From NCBI RefSeq assembly GCF_009914755.1, contig NC_060925.1: DNA of 64,000 nucleotides; one strand, given 5' to 3'. The stretch comes from the human T2T-CHM13v2.0 reference genome, Homo sapiens. This document shows, piece after piece, positions 39,901 through 52,977 of the stretch. The translations under genes and the position numbers were made by a program. The notes beneath the pieces were generated by a model that was not told the DNA's origin, did no database searches, and saw only the letters and a program-made list of their open reading frames with translations. Each line of letters begins with the position of its first letter. Position 1 is the stretch's first letter.

Positions 39901-41898
39901 GAGGCCTCTCTCCAGTGGAGAGCACTGGCATTCTTGCATCCCACAGGCATCGTAAGCCCTGTTGGGCAGCAGCCCAGATCTTTTATTCTAAACAGGGTGG
40001 ACCCACTCTGACGTTTCCTATAAGAGTTTAGTGGCACAGGGAACTGAGCCTAGAACATCCCTGGACCCACTTGGGTACCTGCCGCAGGCTGAGGACAGTT
40101 TGTAGGATCTATGGCTGATGCACTTTTACCACTACCTGTGTTTAATTCTGCATTCTGCACACCTATCCTTTAGGTCCCAAAGGGCCAGTATGTCTGCTAC
40201 AGGGGATAGGTGTGCACCAAGACTCTGGTGTCTGGCCTTGGCCTGGAGCCCTAGTGTCTCTGAGTCCCTGACTGCCTGGGGCGATAGAAGGAGCACCAGC
40301 TTTGGAGTCATGAGTGTGAGGGTTCAGATCAATTCCAGTGCTTACCAGCTGGCTGTCCGTAGCCCTCTTTGCACTTACTCCTCATCTGTAGAATGGGGCT
40401 TGTACCCATAGCAGGGGGGGTAATTATATGGATTATCTAGAAGAGTGAGCATAGAGCACCTGGCACACCATAGATGACCAGTAAAGCTAGTTCTATTTCC
40501 ACTTCTCCTGCAGGCCTGCAGACACCCTGTCCTTCCTCACCCTAACCACCATGGCTCTGGAGAACCTAGAGGCGACTAGTGCTCACAATGGGCTTCATTC
40601 ACAGAATGGCTCCAGCCACTGACTTTGTTTCAATTCAGCCCTGATACTTTAGCTTAGACTCTTGGTTGTGCATTTACAAGCCCCCTGGAGCCAGCTTAAA
40701 CAAAAGGGAGAGTTTATTAAAGGAACCAGCCATGTTTCCAGGGGAAAGGGACGAAGTTTTCTATGCCTCTTCACATGCTCTGCATTCTTGCTCCCTCTGT
40801 TTTTCTACACATCTGATTCTTCTCCTCTTGTACCACAGACTGGCTGCTTCTGCCCCCGGTCCATGTGGCGGAATAGGGATGCCCATGGTTTCATGCCTCC
40901 TCTGTCCAAGACATCAGCCAATTCCCCCTGGGGCGAAGGGGAACGGTCTCTGATTGACCCACCCATCACAATGAGAGAAGAAAACATTCTCCAGAAGTTG
41001 CCTTTGGCAAAGGTTTTAAGGTTATATGTCAGCCCAGTGGTTGTTTAGACTGTGATGAAAAGAAAATAGAAGAAATAATATGGAAAAAGTCAACAGACCG
41101 TGAGATGTGGAGAAGATTATCAAAGGGTAGCACCTTATGTTCGAGCCCATGACCCATTTCCAATCCTTAGCCTGGGCCTGGCTCCTGTTGAGATCAAGGT
41201 GAAAACTGGCCATGTCCTCATTTCTGGGCAGGGATGAAGATTCAGGCCTGACCTATAGCTTTACCTTGGATTTGTCATTTCCCTCTCTGTCCCGGGTTCA
41301 ATGAAACCACCTGCTCTGTTCACAATCTCTCCATTGGCCAACAAGCCCTCTGGTGGTCCTCCATGCTTCCTCCCAGGGCTGAGGCATAAAATCTGCCTCA
41401 GTGGCCTGTTATCACACAGCTGGGAGGACATCTGGGGAGGAACGAGGCCAAGACATCCTGGTTCCTTCTCTTCTCTCATGGGGGAACAGGTGGATGGGCT
41501 TGGTGCTGATCCATTATTTCCCACAAGCATGGGGCTGGAGCTAGGGTATTGGGTTGTGGGGAGGGTCCCCTGTTTTTGCCTTACAGGGTGGGATGTTCCA
41601 TGGGGGAGATGGGAAAAAATTTGCCAAAGAGGATCTAGCCCTGCTTCTGAGCCAGAGGAGCCCAGCCTGGACCTGGGCCTGGGGCAGGGGGTGGATTCCT
41701 GCCATTTTCCCACACTCTGCATAGAGATTGGATTTCCTGTTGAAATTGTATCTTTGGATTACAATCGTAAAGTTCCCAGCTTCTCAACTCAAGCTGTTTG
41801 CAGCAGCTCTGTGTAGCCTAAGTCATCGTCATTACTCTATTGGGTTCTGGGAGGGAAGATCCGGAGTATAGTGGCCAAATGCACAAGCTATGGGGTCA

Positions 41899-42165
<267 letters not shown>

Positions 42166-45100
42166 CTATATTAACTAGCCATGAGATTCCGAGTCAATTA
42201 ACCTCCCTGAGCTTCAGGTTCCTCATCTATTAAATGGGTCAAATAATATCTGTCTCATAGGATTGCTATGAAGATTAAATGAGATAATGCATGTAACACA
42301 CTGAGCACAGTGCCTAGCAAATGAAAAGCGCCCCAAAATTGATTGTTTTATATTACTATCTCATTGTTATCTACCCACTCCACTATGTGGGTTTATAGAG
42401 GAAGGAGTCATGGCCTCTGCCCTTGGCAGCTCCCTGTCCTGATGGAGGAGACACAGTGCTGCACTCGACAACCCACTGGTTGGTTGGAGGAAACATGGGT
42501 CTTGCCTCAGGGAGCTCCCATTTTAGTGGAGGAGATGAGCCCCAGCCTGTTCTTCCTGAGTCCTCTATTTTCCTGGATCCTTGCTCATGAGCCGTGGTAT
42601 GCCCTCAGCCTGCCCCTCTGCCACCAGTCCACCCATCTCCTCCCTTTTCCCCTGCAGCCAGGCCTGCCATCTCTAGAAAGCCCCCATCTCTCCTTTCTGT
42701 GTCCTTGGGCCCAGGTGTCCTTGGGTTACTGGGTGACTTGCTTTTCAGGTCCTGCCTGTGTGTGCCAAGCTTGTTCTCAAGAAGCATCTCCCCAGGATGC
42801 TAGTTCCTCTCTAAACACCGCCCAGATTGCAGACACAAAAATTAGACCTGTCGGTTTGCACGCTGTCTGCCTTAAATTTGCATTTGATTAAGAAGCACCA
42901 GCGTCCTCCCACCCATGGTTCTTCCTTCCCAACCTTCTTCTCTTTGAAGTGCTCCCCCCGCACCCTGCCCCACCATTCTCCCAGCTCTCTCCCTTTGCTG
43001 TGCTCAGGAAATCCTCCAGTTGGGCTCCTCTCCGTTGCCTCGGCCACTCCCGCAGATCTGCTTGGCATTCTCTGCTTCTGGCCTCTTTTCCGAGGCCAGC
43101 TCTGCAGAGTTTGCCTGGGTACAATGTGTTCTCATTGTGCCTCCAACAGTGTCAGTTCCTGGAGCTCACTGTCAGGAATCCAGCAGCTGGCTTAGAAATC
43201 AGCTGCCTTTGCTGAGGGCTCATGGAGATGGGGTGAGGCCTATCCTCCATTTCTGTCCGCACTAGCCACAAGCACTAGCTCATGTAGGAAACCACTAGAT
43301 GCAGAATAATCTTTGAAAAGCCCTCTCCTCTACTCTTCCCATCTCAGTCTCTCTCTGGAGGGGTGAGGGCAAGAGCACCCCACCCCCCCCACTGCCCACC
43401 ACCTCCTGAGGTCAGCTGGATCACCTTCACTCCTCCCTTGGCTGAAAGACAAAGAGAGGGTAAGACCAGGGTGCTTCTTAGAACACCTGGCTCCTTTACT
43501 GCAGACACACCTTTGGAGAATCATCATTAAGATGACTGAATTGCCTCTGCCTCCCTGCCCACTCCCAGCCCGACAGTAAACCTGCTGCTGCTTGGAGTTT
43601 TTCTACCATCTACGTTGCATCCTCCCTCATCTCTCAATTATCTGTGCTAGTGTTAAAAAAAAAAGCCATTCCATCTGCCTCAAACTGCTCTTCTTAAGAT
43701 TTTGGGATAGCAGTTTTCCTCTTCTGGTTTCCAGTCACTTTTGACTATGACTGGTACCCATTTTGATTCCTTGAACTCACGTGTAAAGGAAGTGAAGGAG
43801 CAGGGAGCTCCGAGGGAGTGGGCAGCTGAAGGCCACTCACCCATCGGTAAGTCCCTCTGAGGTCAGAGGGAGCGGGTTGCCAGAGGGAATGAGCCCCAGA
43901 ATCCCACCATTCTCATAAACAGCCCACCGCTCTAATCGCTCCTTCCCCAGCAACACTGGGCCTCCGATCTGCCCATGGAGAAGGCTGGGAAGCCAGCACC
44001 TCCTTCTCCATCTCTACCTCCCTCTTGCTTCTTGGCTCCCATATGTTCAGGGAATGCAAACTGACACTAGTATCAGCCTGAGCCAGGCATAATTGGAAAG
44101 GGAATCTTTCCCCACCCCCAACCTTGTCTTGCCTCCCTCCTTACAAAAAAAAAAAATAAATCATATATTATCTCAAGCAGCTCTGTTATGTAGGAAACAT
44201 AAGTCTGGAAGAAAAGACAGATGGGGTGGGGGATGGTTTATGAGGGCGGTCGAGCAACTGTCCTTTATATCCACTGAGGAGAGATCAGGAGAAAATGATA
44301 GTAACAAGAAGAGCAAGAAGGACTGAGGTTAGACTTTAAGAACTTGCCTTTATGATAAATAAGAGCCAGGAGTGATGGGCGGAGGAAGCCAGGGCCATCT
44401 CCCTCCATGCCTATCTCCCCAGCAGCCCACATCCTTGGCTTACTGCCTGCCTGGAAGATGTTACCTACCTGTACCCTGGGGGAGAAAGAGCAAGTGGGAC
44501 AGGGCTGCTGAATATTCTGCCTTTCTCCTGGGTGGGAGCGGCCTTCCCTCACTCTCAGCTCCCTCCTGGCCTGCAATTTCAAGGGCCTGCAGATTCAAGG
44601 ACTTGGGGTTTCTGGGAGGCAGGGAAGTATGGGGCTCTGTGTGGGCTCCTTGGCAGAACCAGCAGGCAGCCACCCTCCACCATGTTCCGTGGTAGGATTT
44701 CTCTCAACGGAATTAAAAAAACAAGAGCCAAGAATAGAGGCAAGGACGCCATGCTCCCTCTCCATGAAGCCAGGCCCCCAGAGAGGTTCAAGACACCTCT
44801 GGGTCAGAATTCACCTGAGAGTGTGGGCGCAGCTGAGGCTGAGGATGTCCCCTCACCTCTGATTTTAATGGCAAGCCACAACATCACAGCATCAAAGCTA
44901 GATGAGTTCTGAGAGATTAAGTGCAAACTCTTTCATTTTGCAGATGAGGAAACTGAGGCCCAGAGAAGAACAGAAACTTGCTAAGGATCACCTGGGGCTC
45001 CCCTGACTCCTGGTGCAGTGATTTCCCCACTAAAGTTTAATTAAGCCATCCCCTTCCTTAGGCTGTAAAGTTAGGATGCCCTGACTGGGCACACACAGCT

Positions 45101-46899
45101 GGTTCTTGAAACAAAGGAGTGGGCTAAGTGCTGTTCCCACCCTGGCAGATGTTCTCTGGAGCTGATGGTCTCCTACAGACAGGGAAGGAGTGGGTGGGAC
45201 CATGTCAGAGCCAGGTGGGATCATCATCCCATCCCATCTGACAGATGAGGAAACCGACATGCCCAAAAGCAAAATTTGCCCAAGTCCACCCAGCCGGTGA
45301 GTGGCAGATCAGAGACCCCAATCCAGGTCTCCTGCCATCTATTCCTATCCTGTGATTCTTCTTGGTTCTTATTTTAGACAGTGGACCCGGGGAGGAGGAG
45401 GATGCGCTGCCTATCACAGTAGCACCTCAGCAAACAGCTGCTGTTGGCCTGACCCATGAATTTTTAAAACTGTCTGAGGTTTTAGGGTCAAGTAACAAAC
45501 TCACCTCTCCCTCCCTGTGGCTTTTAAGCCTCATAAATATGCTTTTAAAAGTCACTCCGCAGTTCCTCCCACATACAGAGACTCACATCATCGCTCAGTG
45601 AAACCTGAGGGGTGGTCAGAGCTGCTTTCTATGGCTGAGGGTGGTGGTTGAGGGATCCTCTTCTGGAAGATGCCCCAAGTGTAGGGACATGCCCAGACCT
45701 TGATGTTCCAGGGTGGAGGCCCTCACCACGCATCTGATGGGCCAGTCTCACTGGCCAGAGTCCCATCACAGGCCATGGCCATAGGCCCCAGGAAATTCTG
45801 GGTCATTGGTGTCAGCTTGAGGCACTTGAAACCATAGCGCCCATGTCTTCCTCCTGCTGAGGGATCCTGGGGCCCGGGACTGCCTCAGGTTTCCCCTTGA
45901 GAAAAATTAAGGTGGTGACAGCAGTGGGCAGAGTATGAAGTCATATCTGCCAAAGTCCAAGCCCCTCTCTCAAAGAGCAGGCCAGCAAGGAGGGTTTGGG
46001 ATTTCAGCCCCAGATCTAGGAGGCTCCCATCCCTCCGCCTCCTGCCACCCCCTACCAGCTTCCTGGCACCCCTAATCTGATGGCTTTAGCAGGCTTTGTA
46101 CTCAAACGGGAGTGAGCTTTGCTTCCACACCTCTTAAAAGGTGATTTTTTAAGGATGAAATGTGATGTTCGTTAATGGGCACCTTAAAAGCCTTGGCACA
46201 GAGAACCGTGTGCCATGGACTGGGGCATGCCAGCTCCATCCACTCGCTCATCACTCCTGTCCACTGCCACCCATGGCTTTCCTCCTAGGGTCTCTCTGCC
46301 TGTGTCCTAGCCCCTCCCCATGGTCTCAGCACCGCTTACTTGTATGGGGTGCCGCTGTGGAAGGCACCTTCTGGGGACTGAGACTCCAAGGGTAGAGAGG
46401 TGGTGCTGGGCGTGGGTCGATGCAGCCCCCCACCCCACTGCTTGGAAGGTTGGAGCATGGAAGGGTGAAGGCTGCTGAGAGCCACCTCTGTAGTGTATAA
46501 AATTGACACTGGTTCCTAGTCTCGTGGGCTTTTAACGGTCCTGCCTGCCTGTTCCAGACCCCATTGTGTGGACAGAAGGGGGCCTTTGGGATCCTTCCCT
46601 CCACCTTCTCACCTCACCTCGCTCCTCTCAGCATCTTCATTAGCTGTGTTGGGGTCACTCCTGCAGCTTGCTTCCTTTTCCTAACTCCTCTGTTGAGCAG
46701 AGCCATGGGCGGTGTGCTGAGAAACAGCATCGGGTCCTTGGATGGGTTTTCTAGGGAAAATGCATGACCAATGGCCTAAGCGTGGCTGGACCTAGGGTAG
46801 GAAAAGAATGGAAGGTAGCTGAGGATGGAGCTTTGGGACCCTGTGTAGCACTGTGGTTAAGATCTCAGGCATGGTTAGCAACAAATGGCATGGGGATCC

Positions 46900-47560
46900 T
46901 CAACACCTGTCGGGTATCTACTATATGCCAGTCTAGGAATTTCAACAATGAACAAATAGACCCATTCCTTCTCTTCATGGACTTACAACTTTGTGGGGCA
47001 GATGGTGTGGAGCAAATGATCACAGAATCCTCAACTCACATTGGGTACATGTTATGTAGGGAAGTAAAGGGTGCAAAGATTTGGATTAGAGAGGCTGGGC
47101 CAGGGAGGGCTTCTCTGAGGAGGTGAGCCTTCAGCCAGGGCTCTGAGGCTGAGCAGGAGTCAACCAGGCAGAGGGACAGTATGTGTCAGCACAGAGGTCC
47201 GAGGAGGCTCAAGTATTTGAGGAAAGTGGAAGAAGGCCACCGAGGTGGCAGTGGTGCAACATGAGGCTGGGAAGATGGGAGGGTGAGAGGGTGGGCTGGG
47301 CCAAACAGGGCCTTGTAGATGAGGGTCAGGATTGTGAATTTTATCCCTACATCCAGTGGAAAGACAAGAAAGCTTTTAATTGGGGAAATGACATCAGGTT
47401 TGTGTTTTTCCAAAGTCACTGAGGCTGCTGTGGGGAGAGTAAGTGAGAGAGGCAAGAGTGGTGGGTTCCTGGAAGACACTAGAAGCTGTTAGAGCCATCC
47501 AGGTGACACCACAGTGGCCTGGATAGGGAAACATCATTGCAGATGTGAGGGTTGGAGGGG
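46900..47560 (-). mobile_element. L2 LINE fragment
   Basis: cagggagggcttctctgaggaggtga...gggccttgtag...ttttaattggggaaatgacatcagg...aagtcactgaggctgctgtgggg pattern. Confidence 0.7.
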
Positions 47561-47902
47561 CAGTAAACAGATTCCTGCAGGCTCCAGGGAGGGAGCTGAA
47601 GTGGAGAGGCTGAAGAACTGACCAGGGATTCCCCGGGAAAAGAGACAGGGACTTGTGGGCCTGGTGCACTGTGTTCCCTGAGCCCACAGTGAGGTTTCTG
47701 GTGACACCAGGATAAGGCTTCTGAACCCCAGGAGCATCTCTGATCCTGTGCATTGATTTTTTTTTTCATTTTTACTTTTTTAAAAAATAAAAGTACTTCA
47801 TTTTGCCTAAATACAAAAGTTCCTTATGTATAAAGGAAATAAATTTGATAACAAAACCCTTTAGTTTTCTAATAGGGATACCTTTTTAAAAAGGTAAGCT
47901 CG

Positions 47903-48173
47903 GGCCGGGTGCGGTGGCTCATGCTTGTAATCCCAGCACTTTGGGAGGCTGAGGCTGGCAGATCACGAGGTCAGGAGATCAAGACCACGGTGAAACCCCA
48001 TCTCTACTAAAAATACAAAAAAATTAGCCGGGCGTGGTGGTGGGCACCTGTAGTCCCAGTAACTCGGAGAGGCTGAGGCAGGAGAATGGCGTGAACCTGG
48101 GAGGCCGAGTTTGCAGTGAACCGAGATCATGCCACTGCACTCCAGCCTGGGCAACAGAGCGAGACTCCATCTC

Positions 48174-48202
<29 letters not shown>
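47903..48202 (+). mobile_element. Alu SINE (AluSc/Y-like) with long pure A tail
   Basis: TSD aaaaggtaagctc; about 29-nt A tail. Confidence 0.95.
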
Positions 48203-48204
<2 letters not shown>

Positions 48205-48299
48205 TAAGCTCATCTCAGCTGTACTTAGGGCACATGAGATTCATATAAATTTTGAGCTCAGGAAAGATGGAGGAGCAACTAGAGTGTCCTGAGCAGGCA

Positions 48300-48765
48300 G
48301 ATGTGGTGGTAACTGTGGCAGCAGCAGTGATGGTGGCAGTGATGGTGATGGTGGTAGAGATGATGGTGATGGTGGTAGAGATGATGGTGATTTTTTGTTG
48401 ATGATGGCAGTGATGATGGTGATGTTTTGGTGATGATGACAGAGATGATGTGGTAATGCTTTCTTTGATGATGGTGGTAGAGATGCTGGTGGTGTCTCGG
48501 TAATGCTGGTAGAGATGATGGTGATGTTTTGGTGATGGTGGTGGAGATGCTGGTGGTGTTTTGGTGTTGGTGGTAGAGATTATGGTGATGTTTTGATGAT
48601 GGTGGTGGAGATGCTGGTGATGTTTTGGTAATGGTGGTAGAGATGCTGGTGGTATCTTGGTGATGGTGGTAGAGATGATGGTGATGTTTTGGTGATGATG
48701 GCAGCAATGATGGTGGTAGAGATGACGGCAATGGTTTTGGTGCTGGTAGCACCAATGGTGATGAC
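48300..48765. repeat. Degenerate GAT/GGT-based minisatellite (unit like gatggtggtagagatgatggtgatgttttggt)
   Basis: About 460 bp of trinucleotide-phased GAT/GGT with a recurring 30-36-bp higher-order unit. Confidence 0.92.
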
Positions 48766-51700
48766 TAGAGCAGTCATCCTATCTGCAACTTCAGAGGCAA
48801 GGTTAGTAAAGGACACTCACTGTTATGGCAGTTGTGATGCTGGTCATTTCTGCCCCAAGTGTGCCCAGTTATAAGAGCTAAAGATGATGTCTAAAGGACC
48901 TACTTACTTCACTTCTTGAGGCAAACGGTATTACCGAGCCCAGGACCGTGCTGGATACTGTGGAGTTCTAGAAGAAGGGTAGAAGTGGTCCCTGCCTTCC
49001 GCGAGGGTATTATCTTCCCCAGGATATAACCAAGTGCTAAATCTCAGTGTGCCATCTCCCTGTATGACATTGATCCCTCTTCATATGTCCTTTTTACGGG
49101 CTGAACTGAGGAGCTCCAGATATGTTAAGGTGCTCCCTCTTCAAAGCCGACACCTCCCCTCCATACCTGCTTCCTGCCCCACCCCACCTACACATACCTC
49201 TGAGCAGGTATGAGACAGGTTAGAGTGGGCAAATGGAACTTTGTTGGACCAACAGGGAAAAATGTGGACACTGAGGCTAACAGTGCTACAGTATGACCTT
49301 GAGCAAGTCATTCTACCTCCTGGGGCCTCAATTTGCTCATCTCTCCTAAATAGAGAATAATATTTGCTCTACCCTTTCTAGCTCAAAAAGCTGTGCGGAG
49401 GACCAAATGAGATCATGAATGTGAAAACTCCTGCACTCCTAAGCGTTGGGTGGACGTCACTGGGAGATGCAGACCCTGGGCACGCTGGGTCTCTAGGCAG
49501 TGGGCATTTCTCACAGAATCTCCTAGCTATCTGGTCAGCAGACCTGGCCATAAGGGGCTCTGGTCTGGGAGTTCCCATGGGGAACCATGCCACTGGTCAC
49601 AATACCGATGCTGGCTTCTATCTCTGGTGAGTAATGTCAGGCTGTCTCGAGGTTAAACCTTAAAAGAGAGGCTCCATTTCTCCACAAGGAGCAGGCCCAG
49701 CTTAGGGTAAAATGTCAGAGATATAAGACTCTCTCTGCCATCCTGATCCTCCGCATCCCGGCCTCTCTCCCACTCCCACTCTATCAGCAGTGTCCCGTCT
49801 CTCCTCTTTAGCCTGCCAAAGCTTTCCTCTCTCTTCTTCCTTCTCTACTTTCTCTCAGGACTGAACCAAGAACTCACTCACACTGAGGCCACTACTAACT
49901 GACAACAGCCTAAAGCACTGTATTTGAAACGTTTTTTCTCCCACCTTGATCCTCCAAGTCAGAAATACATTTTTCAGCAAACTCAGTACACACATACTGA
50001 GTCAAAAGTTTTATGAAACAATACTATGCACAATATATTTAAGTTTTTTGTATGTGTGATTTCTTGATTGTATTGTATGTGGTCTAATTTTTTTTCAATT
50101 GCTGGTTGCAATCCACTACATTGATTTCATGATCCACAAATGAGTTACAGCCTGCAATTTGAAAAGTCCCTGGCCTAAAAGAACCTTCTTTCTAAGCACA
50201 GAAAGTCCCTGGGAACTGGTTGTCAAGACAGTTTACCCAGATTTTGGATAATAGAGCAATTTCTTTGTGCCAGGCCCTGTTCTGGGTGCTTTATGTATAA
50301 TAGTTCAGTGAACCCACACAGCCCTTCTATGAGGTAGATGTTATTGTGATCATCATTCACATTTTATGGGCCAGGAACCTGAGGCAAAGAAAGGTTAAGT
50401 TCCTTATCTAAGCTCTTACTGCTAGTAAGTGGCAGAACTCAAGACGCCGTGTGTTTAACCATTGGGCTCTGCTGCCTTTCAGGGTGTCATAGAAATAAGG
50501 TGGCTTTGCAGAGGGATATACATGATGCTCTAAGAAAGCCTATAAGAAGTCCCTGTGGTCAGAGCAGGACTCAGATGCTTCTGGAAGGCAAGCTTGGTTT
50601 GCATGTTGTAAAAAACCTGCCAAACAGACTGGGCTCTGAGAACTTACCGCCCAACAGACGCTCAAGCTCGACTGCCCTGTGGACGCACATAGACTGATGG
50701 CGATGCCAGTGGGGACGACTGAAGCCCTTGGGGTGCATGTTAGGCCCACATGTAGAACTCTGCCCACTGGCCAATCAGCAAGCAGTACCGAAGAAAAGCC
50801 TGACTCTGGTCTTTACAAAAAAAAATACTGCCGTTAATTTTAAACACACCTCTTTTTGCAGGCTAAATAGAAAAGTGAGCTTAATCTACACTCTTGCTGT
50901 TCTTTAATGAATTTATTGTTTTAGGCTCTGTGAGAATGCAATAAAAGTTAAAAATGTATTTCAGAACACAGTGCAAATGTGTCTCCGCATTTGATGGATT
51001 GCTTTTGAGTCCAACACTTCCGGCCCGTGGGCAGGCAGGCCCCACAGATGGGCCGCGGCATCTACGAGCAGAGCGAGAGTGCGTCTATAAGGGATGGTCG
51101 TGGGAGGCACACACTTATCAGATTTCATTTCTGTTCTCTTCTCTTGGCATAGTAGCTGGAGAGTGGTAAAATGGGAGATGGAGAGACAGTGAAACAGCTG
51201 AAGTAGCAGCCTCAATTATTTACAGACCAGATTGTCAGCCTCCCAAAAAATGAAAATTGACCTCACATCTCTCTTCTCCTTTTCACAGCTGGGAGGGTCA
51301 GGCACATTACTATTGGCCACTCTCAGCATTGGCCATTCTCACCTCCCCATCCCTCTGCATCCTCAGCTAAGCTCAATGCAGAAATTCAAACGCAAGGAAC
51401 AGGCCCTGCCCTCAGAGAGCCCCCATTCTGATGTGGGAGAGAGGGCAGAAGAGTTCAAGACCCAGATCGTTAACAAGGGAAGGCACAGGCATAGGACAGA
51501 ATGTATGTAGCCGTGGGCACTGTAAGGGGCATAGCAGTTGAATAGCAGCCTTGTCTAGAGCCTAGATGTGGAATATTGCCCAAGAGTTGCACTTTGTAAA
51601 CTGAGTCTATAAATACCAAGAGAATGTCGAAGAGAAGCTATTGAAGCCAGGTAGAGTTAGGGAAGGATTCTTAGAAGAGGTCAAACGTGAAGGGCAGCAG

Positions 51701-51991
51701 TCATGGAGAAGGTGCTTCATCTGAAGGTAGGGCCCAGTCAGTGCCTTGAAGCGGCAACCAAAGACTAGGAAAGCCTAAGCCAACATTTCTCAGTCCTGTT
51801 GGGGACTGCGCCAGCCACTGCTCTAAGACCTCGCTGCCAGGCCTGGCAGGTGGCCAGCCCAGGTGTCCAGGTGCCCAGATGCCCCACAGCAAGCCAAGGC
51901 CTCAATCCTCCCTTCACTTGATTTTCTGTGAGCCTTGCTTGCCAGCTAAGGTGTAGGGCCCTCCTTAGCTGTGGACGCAGAGCCAAGTTAA

Positions 51992-52041
51992 GTCGCCATG
52001 GTAACCCTCTGGCTGATGGGGACTTGGGTTGCCATGGAAAC
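51992..52041. promoter_or_regulatory. Pair of RFX X-box motifs (GTCGCCATGGTAAC 51992-52005; GTTGCCATGGAAAC 52028-52041)
   Basis: Two close matches to the X-box consensus, 36 bp apart. Confidence 0.65.
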
Positions 52042-52270
52042 TTGTCTAAAATCAAAAAGTATTTTGGAAGAGGGGTTGCAGCAGAGAGGAAGGGTGGTGG
52101 GGGATGTCTGCCGCAGTGCCGCACTACCCATGATTCTGTTCTGTGCCCTTCTTGGGTTCCTCCTGGAATGAGTGTGTGTTGGGGGGGGTTGTCCAGGGCC
52201 CAGCCCAGGGCTTCTAAGAAATAGTCATTGCTGGTACCAGGAGCCCTCCTGGAGGCCCTCCAGCAAAACA

Positions 52271-52977
52271 TGTATGTTAGGCCATTCTTGCGTTGCTGTA
52301 AAGAAATACCAGAGGCTGGATAATTTATTTAAAAAAGAGGTTTAATTGGCTCATGTTTCTACTGGCTGTATAGGAAGCATGGTGCAGGCATCTGCTCAGC
52401 CTTCAAAGGAGCCTCAGGGAGCATTTACTTATGGCAGAAGGTGAAGTGGGAGCAGGCTTGTCACATGGTGACAGAGGGAGCAAAAGAGAGAGTTGTGGGG
52501 GTAAGTGCCACACAATTTTAAATAACCAGATCTCACGAAAACTGGCTGGGCACGGTGGCTCACACCTGTAATCTCAGCACTCTGGGAGGCCGAGGTGGGC
52601 AGATCACTTGAGGCCAGGAGTTTGAGACCAGCCTGGCCAACATGGTGAAACCCAATCTCTACTAAAAATACACACACACATAGCTGGGTGTGGTGGCGCG
52701 CACCTGTAATCCCACCTACTCTGGAGACTGAGGCAGGAGAATTGCCCGAACCTGGGAGGTTGAGGGTGCAGTGAGCGGAGATCGCGTCACTGCCTGGGCA
52801 ACAGAGTGAGACTCTGTCTCAAAAAAAAAAAAAAAAAGAACTCACTATGGCAAGGATGGCACCAAGCCATGAGGGATCCACTCCCATGACCCAAGCACTT
52901 CCCATCAGGCCCCACCTCTGACCTGGGGATGACCTTTCCACATGAGATTTAGAGGGAACGGCCTCCAGACTACACCA
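52271..52977 (-). mobile_element. ERVL-MaLR solo LTR (MST family), interrupted by an Alu
   Basis: tgttaggccattcttgcgttgct...aaagaggtttaattggctca...catgagattt reverse MST pattern. Confidence 0.85.
52544..52837 (+). mobile_element. AluS-like element inside the MST LTR
   Basis: Dimeric Alu with (CA)n in the linker and an A tail. Confidence 0.92.

Noticed and set aside
48279-48816. His-rich 158-aa and Thr/Ile-rich minus-strand ORFs
   Set aside because: They arise from the GAT/GGT minisatellite; no supported start or splice context.
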